DNA from: an uncultured bacterium | GTDB taxonomy: Bacteria > CSSED10-310 > CAZUFC01 | Length of the DNA: 64,000 nucleotides | Assembly: GCA_964619725.1 (NCBI GenBank) | Contig: CAZUFC010000016.1 | Coordinates: forward strand, 33,563 to 97,562 | Reading direction: 5' to 3' | In this document: in pieces, positions 1-8,645 of the stretch | How the letters are laid out: each line of letters starts with the position of its first letter | Position numbering within the stretch: the stretch's first letter is position 1 | Notes under the pieces: model-generated | The model's input: the letters and a program-made list of their open reading frames with translations, nothing else | The model's database searches: none | What the model was told of the DNA's origin: nothing | Translations under genes and position numbers: made by a program

Positions 1-1085
1 TCACAGGCCTTCTAGCTCTCGGAGCGGCCCTGACGAGACCCGAGGCATTGATGTTCGTATTTCTTTTCGGCGTTTTTCAGCTAACGTTATGCAAACGCGA
101 CAATTTCTGGGCGGTCCTGACGGAATTTGTCCTTTTCTTTTTATTATACGGGATTTATTTCTTTTGGCGATATAACTACTACGGATATTTTCTCCCCAAC
201 ACATTTTACGCTAAAACCGGAGGCGGCGGGAGTCAGATCGAACAGGGACTGGCGTATCTGAAATCATTCGCTTTCGGCCCGGGTTTGATCCCTTTGATAC
301 TGATGTTTTGCTCCATGATGAAAAAAGGTAGAAGTCGCCGCAACAGCCTGATGATATTATCGGTGATGTTGTTTTTAGTATACGTCGCCTTTATCGGCGG
401 CGATTGGATGCCGCTGTGGCGTTTTATGGTCCCGGTCTTGCCCATTATTTTTTACCTGGTCTCGGACGGATTGGAAGCCTTACATAACCGCATCAAGTCG
501 AAAAACGCCGGCTCTGTCATTATTGCCTTGCTTCTGCTTTTAGCTGTCACCGGACAGATGCCCTCATCCCTGAAATGGATTCGTCAGAATCCCGTTTTTA
601 CCGGAGAACCTAAGGTCGATGTTCTGAAAGAACTAGGACTTCACCTGAAAAAAAACGCCCCGCCTAATGCCGTAATCGCAGTCGTGCCTGCAGGAAAAAT
701 ACCTTTTTACTCTGAATTGTGGACCATCGACATGAGGGGTCTCTTGGATACTCATATTGCTCATGAAAAAATTCAAAGAACAGGCCTGGCGGGACATGAA
801 AAACGCGATCCGGACTATATCATGTCGCTTCACCCCGATTACATCGTCACGACCGGAGCCCGCCGAAAAAAAGTTACCGCATTCCCTCTTAAAGACCTCA
901 ATTCTGATAAAACTCTCGATACATACAGCATACTGAATCACCCGGATTTTACGAAGAATTACACCGTAAAGATAATCGAGCTGCAGCAAGGAAACAAAGA
1001 CCTGCAATTCTACGAGAGAAAGCATCCCCCCGGAAGATTGAGAAACCATGACGAATCTCTGCATAATTCGTCATCCGAAAACTGA
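1..1085 (+). CDS. GT-C superfamily membrane glycosyltransferase (AftB/arabinofuranosyltransferase-like), 5'-truncated by the window edge
   Basis: Frame is open from position 3 (TGLLALGAALTRPEAL); motifs TRPE, YYGYFLPNTFYAK, GGDWMPLWRFMVP, DMRGLLD, GHEK; multiple TM segments. Confidence 0.7.
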   Translation, partial: TGLLALGAALTRPEALMFVFLFGVFQLTLCKRDNFWAVLTEFVLFFLLYGIYFFWRYNYYGYFLPNTFYAKTGGGGSQIEQGLAYLKSFAFGPGLIPLILMFCSMMKKGRSRRNSLMILSVMLFLVYVAFIGGDWMPLWRFMVPVLPIIFYLVSDGLEALHNRIKSKNAGSVIIALLLLLAVTGQMPSSLKWIRQNPVFTGEPKVDVLKELGLHLKKNAPPNAVIAVVPAGKIPFYSELWTIDMRGLLDTHIAHEKIQRTGLAGHEKRDPDYIMSLHPDYIVTTGARRKKVTAFPLKDLNSDKTLDTYSILNHPDFTKNYTVKIIELQQGNKDLQFYERKHPPGRLRNHDESLHNSSSEN

Positions 1086-1155
1086 TTCTTTCTAATACTC
1101 GCCCCGATAATCAGCTATTAAAATTCCGGAATATTTTAGAATTCTTGTTTCCCAA

Positions 1156-2055
1156 TTATTTTTTCGAAGTAGGCGCTATCTTATCCAAAAAATCTCGAAT
1201 CGCCGGCCAGGCCGTACCCGCTGGGTCCTCAGGATGAAAAAATTCTTTCTCAATCTTTCCCGGTACTGACTCCTTCCCGTAAAACAACCCTTTCTGTTTC
1301 CATTGCCTTTCCATTAATTCAAAATAATCCGTTGTTTCATCAGATAACATATCGTTTTCGGAAAACCGGATTTCCATGATATGACAATTCAGGTTCTCGC
1401 CAATGTCATCAAATCCCAAATAACTTCTCATTTCTGTTTTGGAAAAGTCCCGAAAATCTTCGGGAAAATAGCTTTGTTTTAATTGTCGGTTATCCTCATC
1501 GAAGTCTTCTGTCCACAAAACGGGATTCATAACGGGATTAACGAGCAGGAGCGCTTTAATTTCATTGTTCTCTAAGCCTGCGGCAGCTTTGAGAGCAGGA
1601 AAACAGCTTATACCGAAAGCCGCAATAATCGTTTCCTTCTTCTGGAAGTAATAATATTCGGTCATTCTTATAGCGGAAATTTCGATATCTTTTTTTATTC
1701 TTTCAAATAAAGGCATCTTCGCATTATCATATTTATAATAGTTTAACCGATCTACGATGAATCCTATCCTGCCGGCATCCAGACAGCGACGAGTAAAAGG
1801 AGTATAATGCCGCGCATCTATTTCAGGATCAGGAACAACTATCATTCCCGGTTCGTAGAACACGCCTTTTCTATTCGGAACGCAAATGATTCCTTGAATT
1901 TCCTGCTGGTGGTAATCATCCGCTTCATCGGGTAAAAAAAACAGCATGCCCTCTCTGACGTTTTCATTTCGGCCGAATTGTGGAGCCGGCAGTCCCAGGC
2001 AACCGAATTGAGTAAACAGTATCATAAGCATGAGAGTCGCTAGAGCTTTTTTCAT
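1156..2055 (-). CDS. Hypothetical lipoprotein, possibly a degenerate alpha/beta-hydrolase fold
   Basis: GAGGAGG SD before ATG at 2055 (MKKALATL); lipobox-like FGC; ALLLVNPV strand; no clear GxSxG. Confidence 0.5.
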   Translation of the reverse strand: MKKALATLMLMILFTQFGCLGLPAPQFGRNENVREGMLFFLPDEADDYHQQEIQGIICVPNRKGVFYEPGMIVVPDPEIDARHYTPFTRRCLDAGRIGFIVDRLNYYKYDNAKMPLFERIKKDIEISAIRMTEYYYFQKKETIIAAFGISCFPALKAAAGLENNEIKALLLVNPVMNPVLWTEDFDEDNRQLKQSYFPEDFRDFSKTEMRSYLGFDDIGENLNCHIMEIRFSENDMLSDETTDYFELMERQWKQKGLFYGKESVPGKIEKEFFHPEDPAGTAWPAIRDFLDKIAPTSKK

Positions 2056-2135
2056 CGTCAAATTCCTCCTCAAAATTGAAAATAAGCAAACCTGCGTAAC
2101 CGGCACGAAAAGGCCGATATTTATTCAAAAGATTT

Positions 2136-4151
2136 TCAAGTGCAGCGTCGAACGGTGTTTATGGCTAACAGACAGGCGAGGAAAAGGGTAAGGAGAGCTA
2201 TACCTGCGGAAGATGATGCGGGGATCGAAGGGGTCGTGGGAATCAGTGTAGGCGTAGGCGTAGGAGGCGGAGGAACCAGAGATGCGCTCATATAGTGGAA
2301 ACCCATATCCGCCATTTCCGAATCATATACGCTGTCCGTTCGAGTAGTGAACTGACTTAAACAATGAGTTTTATACAATCCCTCGAAGCAGACCCAAAGG
2401 GCATCCCGATCGCCCCCGTCGATGCACGGACTGTCCAGAGTTTGTCCCGCAGCCGTGTGACTCAGATAATAATCTCCATTCGTGCCTGCGGCGAATAAAG
2501 GGTCCTCGTTGATGTTGCCTGTGCCCGTATATCCCTCCTGAATGTCGGAATATTGGACAATTGGAATAGGAAATCCATGGACGAAAATTCCGTCGGGAGA
2601 GTTATTCCAAAAGATGGTATTGGAAATTTGAGGGCTTGCATTAAAAGAATATAGACCGCCGCCGTCCAGCCCCTCAGACGTCCCGTTTCCGGCGAATGTG
2701 CAATTGAGTATTTCCGGTTCGGATTCGAAACAATATATAGCGCCGCCGGAACTGAAACTGTAATTGTCGTAAAACAGACAATTAGTTATATTCGGCGTCG
2801 TTTCTTCATAACAAAGAATGGCTCCGCCGCCGTATTGAGCGAAATTAGCGGAAAAAATGCAGTTTGCCACGGCAGGCGAACCGCTTTCCAGGTAAATCCC
2901 GCCGCCGTAATCAGCCATCCCGTTTTTTATCGTTAATCCTCTTATGATCGAATCCTGAGTTTCGCCGTTGTGAAAATGAAATCCTCTGCCCTGAGACTCG
3001 CAATCGATAACGCAATAATCGGGTCCGTATTGAGAGGCGACAGTGATGGCTTTTCCGTGAAAATCTAAATTATAATTGCCGTTGCCCGAGTATGTTCCGT
3101 TATGGATAAGTACGATTTCACCCGGATCAGCAGCATTAATGGCTCCCTGAATGGTGTTGTAATCTGCAGGCACGTGTTTGATTATCCCTGTCTTATAGAA
3201 ATGAGCGCCCATGTCTACCGTTCCCCAATCCCGCCCGAATTCATCATACCTCGTCGTCAGGTCGCTCAGACATAACTCAGGCGCGCTTCCCGGCAAACAT
3301 ATCTCGGAGGCGAGGCTGCTTCCGGTATCCAGGCACGGACTGTTGAATGACTGCCCTGCAATGGTTTGACTCAGATAATATCCGCCGCATGGACCTGCGG
3401 CGAATATAGGATTCTGATCGATATTGCCGGCTCCTGCGAATCCGCCCTGAACGTCTGAGTAGGTGATCTGCGGAACCTCATCCCCGGCTATGGTTACGCC
3501 TGCGTTATCCCAAATAATGCAGTTTTCCAGTACCGGCGAGGAATTGAGTATGCTGTATACAGCGCTTCCTTCGCTTCCAGCGGAATTTTCCGCTACAGTG
3601 CAATTGTAAAATTCAGGTTCGGCGTTGAAATAACAGGCAATAGCTCCGCCCGAATCCGAATAGTTGTTCGTCGCTATACAATTAATAAATGTCGGAGAGC
3701 TTTCAATACAATATATTCCCCCTCCTTCGTACGTAGCCGTATTTCCTTCGATTCTGCATCCCCATATCACCGGATCGGAATAATCCACATAAAATCCTCC
3801 GCCCCAGGCGCTGGAACCGTTCCTTACGGTAAAACCCCTGATTATAGTATCCGACTGCTCAGCATCATTGATGTAAAATGACCGGCCGCTACCTTCGCAA
3901 TCTATAATGCAGGTGAGAAATCCGTTCGCGGACATAACCGTTATCGCTTTACCCTTCAATTCGATCTCTTTGTTGCCCGTTCCCGTATATGTTCCGTCGG
4001 AAACCAGAACCGTGTCGCCGTTCATTGCCGTATTTATGCCTGCCTGAATCGTCGGTTGATCTTCAGGAACATGGATCACCGCCCCGAAAGCCGTGCCGGC
4101 TGTTATCATTACCGCTAAATTTAAAATATAAAAAATCTTATACTTTTTCAA
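2136..4151 (-). CDS. Secreted protein with two right-handed beta-helix (pectin-lyase/Pmp-like) modules, Pro/Thr linker and IPTL-CTERM-like tail
   Basis: Likely TTG start at 4151 after AGGGG; signal peptide ending AFG-A; duplicated VP.D..TIQ..IN.A..G..V....GTY.G.GN starts; GGGIY/GGAI.C repeats; C-terminus IPASSSAG + hydrophobic helix + RR. Confidence 0.8.
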   Translation of the reverse strand: MKKYKIFYILNLAVMITAGTAFGAVIHVPEDQPTIQAGINTAMNGDTVLVSDGTYTGTGNKEIELKGKAITVMSANGFLTCIIDCEGSGRSFYINDAEQSDTIIRGFTVRNGSSAWGGGFYVDYSDPVIWGCRIEGNTATYEGGGIYCIESSPTFINCIATNNYSDSGGAIACYFNAEPEFYNCTVAENSAGSEGSAVYSILNSSPVLENCIIWDNAGVTIAGDEVPQITYSDVQGGFAGAGNIDQNPIFAAGPCGGYYLSQTIAGQSFNSPCLDTGSSLASEICLPGSAPELCLSDLTTRYDEFGRDWGTVDMGAHFYKTGIIKHVPADYNTIQGAINAADPGEIVLIHNGTYSGNGNYNLDFHGKAITVASQYGPDYCVIDCESQGRGFHFHNGETQDSIIRGLTIKNGMADYGGGIYLESGSPAVANCIFSANFAQYGGGAILCYEETTPNITNCLFYDNYSFSSGGAIYCFESEPEILNCTFAGNGTSEGLDGGGLYSFNASPQISNTIFWNNSPDGIFVHGFPIPIVQYSDIQEGYTGTGNINEDPLFAAGTNGDYYLSHTAAGQTLDSPCIDGGDRDALWVCFEGLYKTHCLSQFTTRTDSVYDSEMADMGFHYMSASLVPPPPTPTPTLIPTTPSIPASSSAGIALLTLFLACLLAINTVRRCT

Positions 4152-4440
4152 AATGTCACCCCTTTTCAACAGGCATCTTTTCCGCTCGATCCCTGCTTTA
4201 TCAGTATACCGGCCCGTAATACAATTTTCAAACTGTAACGGCTGTTTATATTGATTCTTCGTCAACTCCAGGGATAATCAACGGTTCTTCATCATTTCGT
4301 CGAACGAATCTACGCACGTAGCTTTCCTGCCTGTCAACCTCATATTTCTTTTGAAAACGGACCATTCCTCTCTGAACAAATATACCGAAAACCCTGCTGA
4401 GAAATATCTCTCTGAAAGCCTCCAAAGCTTTTGCCGGCGG

Positions 4441-5394
4441 TCAAGGTCCGTAACTGAAATCGATGACTTCCAGGTTACTGATGAAATTAAAATTTCCGGG
4501 GGCCGTTAAAACAGAATAGAAATAGAGCCCGGTCAGACTGTCCTGGACGTCAGGCCACTGGAAAGGTCCCAATACGTCGAATGACGTCATTCCGATTCCT
4601 AAATTCCTTCTCTCGAATTCCAGCATTTCAGTCCATCCGGGATACCAGAAATATAATCCCACTACTTCCAGGACGCAGTAATAATCAGATTCTACCGGGT
4701 AGGGGTTATCATTCATAACTTCCGCAAAAAGATGGAATTCATCGCCGGGTTGAAGCTGAGAATCGGTGAGCGTCAAATCCAGAGTCATGTTTTCAAAGGT
4801 TCCTGTCGGGGTTGAAGTCGGTTGAGGAGTATTTTCCGACGTGGGAACAGGGGTTGGAGTGGGTGATCCCCCGCCCAGCAAATCCTCGACTATGGCGACC
4901 ATCGTGTCCATGTCATCCTCAGTATAACCGGAATGCTTGTATTGAATGACCATATCCTGGTCGATAATGAAATTAGACGGATAAATCGGTACGACGTAAC
5001 TGTTTTCAACCTCTTCGGTACCCTGCAAAATCGGAAACGTTAAACCGAAGTCCCTGGCCCAATCCTGCAAATCATCGACCGTCGGAGGGTCCCCGCTTGC
5101 GTTTTCCATCAGTATCGTAAAAACCATTACTCCCTGGTCCTTGTAAGGAATCCATATTCTCGACTCAAGCTCCGGCGCCTCCTGCTGACATGGGCCGCAC
5201 CTGACGGTTGAAAAGTCTATCACAATGACGTCTCCCCAGTAATCATAGAGCGTGTAAAAGGACTCGTCATTCCCCAGCAATGTAAAATCAGTCGCCGTAT
5301 CGCCGACGTTCAGAGCGCTGCAAACCGTCAGACCGCTTAATAAAACGACAGCAAACATTACTACGCCCCGCAGGCATGTTTTTCTATGAAACAT
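4441..5394 (-). CDS. Secreted TlpA/AhpC-TSA-type redoxin (CGPC) with PT linker and uncharacterised C-terminal domain
   Basis: Signal peptide, VGDTATDFTL, DFSTVRCGPCQQEAPEL, YPSNFIID (cis-Pro loop); GGAGG SD. Confidence 0.85.
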   Translation of the reverse strand: MFHRKTCLRGVVMFAVVLLSGLTVCSALNVGDTATDFTLLGNDESFYTLYDYWGDVIVIDFSTVRCGPCQQEAPELESRIWIPYKDQGVMVFTILMENASGDPPTVDDLQDWARDFGLTFPILQGTEEVENSYVVPIYPSNFIIDQDMVIQYKHSGYTEDDMDTMVAIVEDLLGGGSPTPTPVPTSENTPQPTSTPTGTFENMTLDLTLTDSQLQPGDEFHLFAEVMNDNPYPVESDYYCVLEVVGLYFWYPGWTEMLEFERRNLGIGMTSFDVLGPFQWPDVQDSLTGLYFYSVLTAPGNFNFISNLEVIDFSYGP

Positions 5395-5483
5395 CTCTTC
5401 TATTTCCTCCCTTTATAGTTTTATCCTGGAATTTCTGGAGATAGTCCCGCTATTCGTAAATGAAGTTCATTCCTTTCCCTGTA

Positions 5484-6452
5484 TCAATACCCGTATCCGA
5501 ACTGAATAACCGAAACGTCATCCAGAAATTCGAACGTTCCCTGCTCGGTTACAGCCCCATAAAAAAACAGGCCGTTAAGTCGATCCTGAACATCGGGCCA
5601 GGTGAATTGAAGAATGTCGAGAGTTCCCGTACCCATGACGAAAGTCGTCAGCTCATGAGATATTTCCTGAGTCCATTGGGGATGCCAGAAATAAGCTCCC
5701 AGAACGTCCAATACGACATAAACGTCGGCCTGGAACAATTCCAGCGGATTGTAATATTCTGCCGTAAGATCGAAATAATCACCCGGTTCCAGGAAATCGT
5801 CCGTCAACTGTAATGTGAAATTAAACTCATCGGCCGAAGATGTAGGCGTTATCGTCGGCGTCTCCGTCGGAGGAGGAGTATGCGGCGGGGTGGGCGTCGG
5901 CGTATATGAAGGGACAGGCGTCGGGGTTTCCTCACCCAGCAGGTCCTCAATAAAATCGATTACGGGTTGCCAGTTCTGAGGCAATCCTACTATTTTCCAG
6001 GCGATGATCATTTGCTGATCAATAATGAAATTCGTCGGGTAGGCCGGTATACCGTAAGTGATGCCCACCAGGTCCGCGGCCTGAAGGACGGGAAAGGTCA
6101 CTCCGCCCATATCAGCCCAGGTCTGAAGGTCTCCGAGAGACGGCTGATTGCCCTGCGCATTCTTTAACAAAATACAAAAAACCTGTACGCCCTGATCTTT
6201 GAATCTCTGCCAAATTTCTGCCTCCAACTGAGGCATTTCCTGACGGCAGTATCCTCAGTTCCAGGTCGCGAAATTGATGAAAACTACATCACCCGTGTAA
6301 TCATATAATGTATAATATGACCCGTCATGTCCCAGCAGAGTGAAATCCGCGGCAGTATCGCCTTCATCCAATCCTGCTGAAACCCCGCAAACCGTCACCA
6401 GGGCAAAAAATACCCACAACAAAATCATTCCCTTGATTTTTAAATTACTCAT
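5484..6452 (-). CDS. Selenocysteine-containing secreted TlpA/redoxin (UGYC), 322 aa, with PT linker and C-terminal domain
   Basis: ORFs 6255..6452 and 5484..6236 share a frame and are separated only by TGA at 6257-6255 (FATWN-U-GYCRQEMPQLE), which aligns with the first Cys of FSTVRCGPCQQEAPELE in the adjacent paralog; SECIS-like hairpin follows. Confidence 0.9.
6207..6249 (-). promoter_or_regulatory. Bacterial SECIS-like stem-loop
   Basis: Minus strand: CTGCC-GTCAGG-AAA-TGCCTC-AGTTG-GAGGCA-GAAATTT-GGCAG; the apical loop starts 25 nt after the UGA and has G at loop position 2. Confidence 0.75.
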
Positions 6453-6685
6453 TTACACTTTCCCTTCATGGTTTTTCATTTCTGTTCTTCCTTAAAGGAA
6501 ATTCAACCCTCATATAAATTATTGCATTATCCCATGAAAGTCAAATCTCAAACGGATTTCCGCACATCCGAAGCCTTATTTTGCTGCTGCAGCAGCGTTG
6601 CTCGCGCCGATGCAACACTCCTGCGAATCATTATGCGCCGTCACGAAAGCTTCAAAAACATGCGGCGCTTTGCTGACAGCCCCGT

Positions 6686-8254
6686 TCACCGTTCAGTCTT
6701 TCGTCTTAAATAGTCTTCAACGACTTGTATAACCTGGTCCGCCTCCATGTCCTGGAACATCTCATGCCCCGTTTGCTTGAACCACACCAGCTCCTTGTCC
6801 TCAGAGCCGATTTTTTCCCAAATTTCCTGAGCTGCCTTCGGATCGACCACATTGTCCTTGTGGGACTGCAGAATAAGCACGGGAACTTTTATTTCGGGCA
6901 GCAGCTTCTCTATTTTGCCTGTGTATTCATAAAGCGAAGCAAATGCGTCGATAGGAAACTTCTCGTAATTCCTGTTGTTGACGGACAACTCCTTACTGTT
7001 GAAAGAATTAGGCGAACTCCAGTACTTGACGAATTTTTTCATGACAGGAACAATCCTGGTCAGGGGATTCTTGAATCGAAGGGCCGGAGCCGCCAGGACC
7101 GTACCCGCTGTCTTGTCGGGATACTTTGCCGCCAACTCCAGTGCGACCAGTCCCCCCATAGACAAACCCACCACAAATACCGAATCATGCTTTCTTAAAA
7201 GTCGCTTCATGGCCGCTTCCGCATCCTCATACCAATCCTGATGCGTTACACCCTCCAGGTCCTGATAACGAGTTCCATGTCCTCGTAACAGGGGCATCAA
7301 AAAATCAAATCCGTTTTGAGTCAGCATGGGAGCCAGACCGTCAACCGTTTTCAAACTGGAAGTAAAACCATGCAGTACCAGTACTCCAGGCATCTTGTTA
7401 TCTCCTCCCTTCCGTTCTATCTCTTTCGTCGGTCCCCACGGCGGATCATCCAGGGGCACGCTTATGGGAATATAATTGCGGGAATGGTCTACAAGGCTGG
7501 ATATGGATTTCATTATCCTCTTCGTCGCGCTTTTCAATTTACGCTTGTCTATCTTCCCGACGGAATCATATAAATCGGAAAATTCTATGGGATTGCCGAA
7601 TCTCACCGTAATCGGTATCGGCTTTATTAACGGAAATTTCTCCATTCGCGGATAATATTCCGGCGGAAATGACTTGCCGGCTCCCGATATCCCTACTGGA
7701 TATACAGGCGCCCTGGCCTCAATCGCTAATCTTACCGCACCGGTCTTCCCCGGTAATAATCCCGTATCATACTCAACGGCCGAACGCGGAACATCCTCTT
7801 CTCCGGGTATCGTCCCCTCAGGAAAAATCGCCACTGCATCTCCACCCTTTAATGCCTCCCCTATAAGACGCATTCCCTCAGGATCGCCCCCTCTCCGAAT
7901 GCGCAAACTGTCGAACAGCTCCAATACATGCCGTAAAACAGAAAATTGATACAGCATGTCCTTCGTGATAAACCTCAATCTTCTCGGAGACACCGCTCCC
8001 AGTATCTGCGCGTCAAACCAGCTCTGATGATTGGACGCCAGTATAAAACCCCCCTCCTTCGGAATTACTTCTGAATTTACCACCTCTATTTGATGATATA
8101 CGTTGAAATAACTGCCCAGCATCGTTTTCGCTGTATTGGACAGCAGCCCCTTGACCGTCTCATATAATCCCAGTCGCTTCAATAAGTTGAGCTCCGCTTC
8201 AAGAAACATATCTATCGGCCGCGTCATCCTGTTCAGCATTTCGTAACGTTCCAT
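6686..8254 (-). CDS. Fusion of PlsC-type lysophospholipid acyltransferase (N-terminal) and YvaK/Est30-like carboxylesterase (C-terminal)
   Basis: NHQSWFD (HxxxxD) and IFPEGT; then LHGFTSS, GLSMGG, KDNVV, GHEM. Confidence 0.88.
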   Translation of the reverse strand: MERYEMLNRMTRPIDMFLEAELNLLKRLGLYETVKGLLSNTAKTMLGSYFNVYHQIEVVNSEVIPKEGGFILASNHQSWFDAQILGAVSPRRLRFITKDMLYQFSVLRHVLELFDSLRIRRGGDPEGMRLIGEALKGGDAVAIFPEGTIPGEEDVPRSAVEYDTGLLPGKTGAVRLAIEARAPVYPVGISGAGKSFPPEYYPRMEKFPLIKPIPITVRFGNPIEFSDLYDSVGKIDKRKLKSATKRIMKSISSLVDHSRNYIPISVPLDDPPWGPTKEIERKGGDNKMPGVLVLHGFTSSLKTVDGLAPMLTQNGFDFLMPLLRGHGTRYQDLEGVTHQDWYEDAEAAMKRLLRKHDSVFVVGLSMGGLVALELAAKYPDKTAGTVLAAPALRFKNPLTRIVPVMKKFVKYWSSPNSFNSKELSVNNRNYEKFPIDAFASLYEYTGKIEKLLPEIKVPVLILQSHKDNVVDPKAAQEIWEKIGSEDKELVWFKQTGHEMFQDMEADQVIQVVEDYLRRKTER

Positions 8255-8344
8255 AGTTTTTCCTCCTTACTTCCTTACAACGCGCTGCGTCATTATACCG
8301 GAACTGACGGTTGAGTCAACGGAAATTTGAATTGGAAGACAGCG

Positions 8345-8524
8345 ACGTCAAAATGACGCGATTCATATTCTTGAAGACTCATGATGCGCCATATTGACGC
8401 CTTGCATACAATCAACTTTTTCCACATAAATCGTTTCTTTCAACGTCTAAACGTCGTAATCCTTTAAAATCGGGCGGTTGAGCAAAATGAATTCTGATTT
8501 TTCACAGGTAGGTACGGGTTTTGC
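8345..8524 (+). promoter_or_regulatory. Putative sigma54 promoter with two enhancer-like palindromes and an IHF-like site
   Basis: AGGTACGGGTTTTGC at 8510-8524 (GG-N10-GC); ACGTCAAAATGACGC at 8345-8359 and GCGCCATATTGACGC at 8386-8400; AATCAACTTTTTC at 8410-8422. Confidence 0.6.
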
Positions 8525-8645
8525 CTTTGTTTATGCGGTTCGCATTTAAGGCGACGGAAGCAAGTGAAAAGTGACGTCGTTTGGGAGATCGACGGCTATG
8601 TCAATTCGGGAAATTTCAACATTAACAAGAGAGGAAGGAGACCTC

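Noticed and set aside
5484-6452. Redoxin as a nonsense pseudogene or two separate genes
   Set aside because: The only lesion is a TGA at the catalytic Cys position, with a SECIS-like hairpin and otherwise intact similarity to the paralog.
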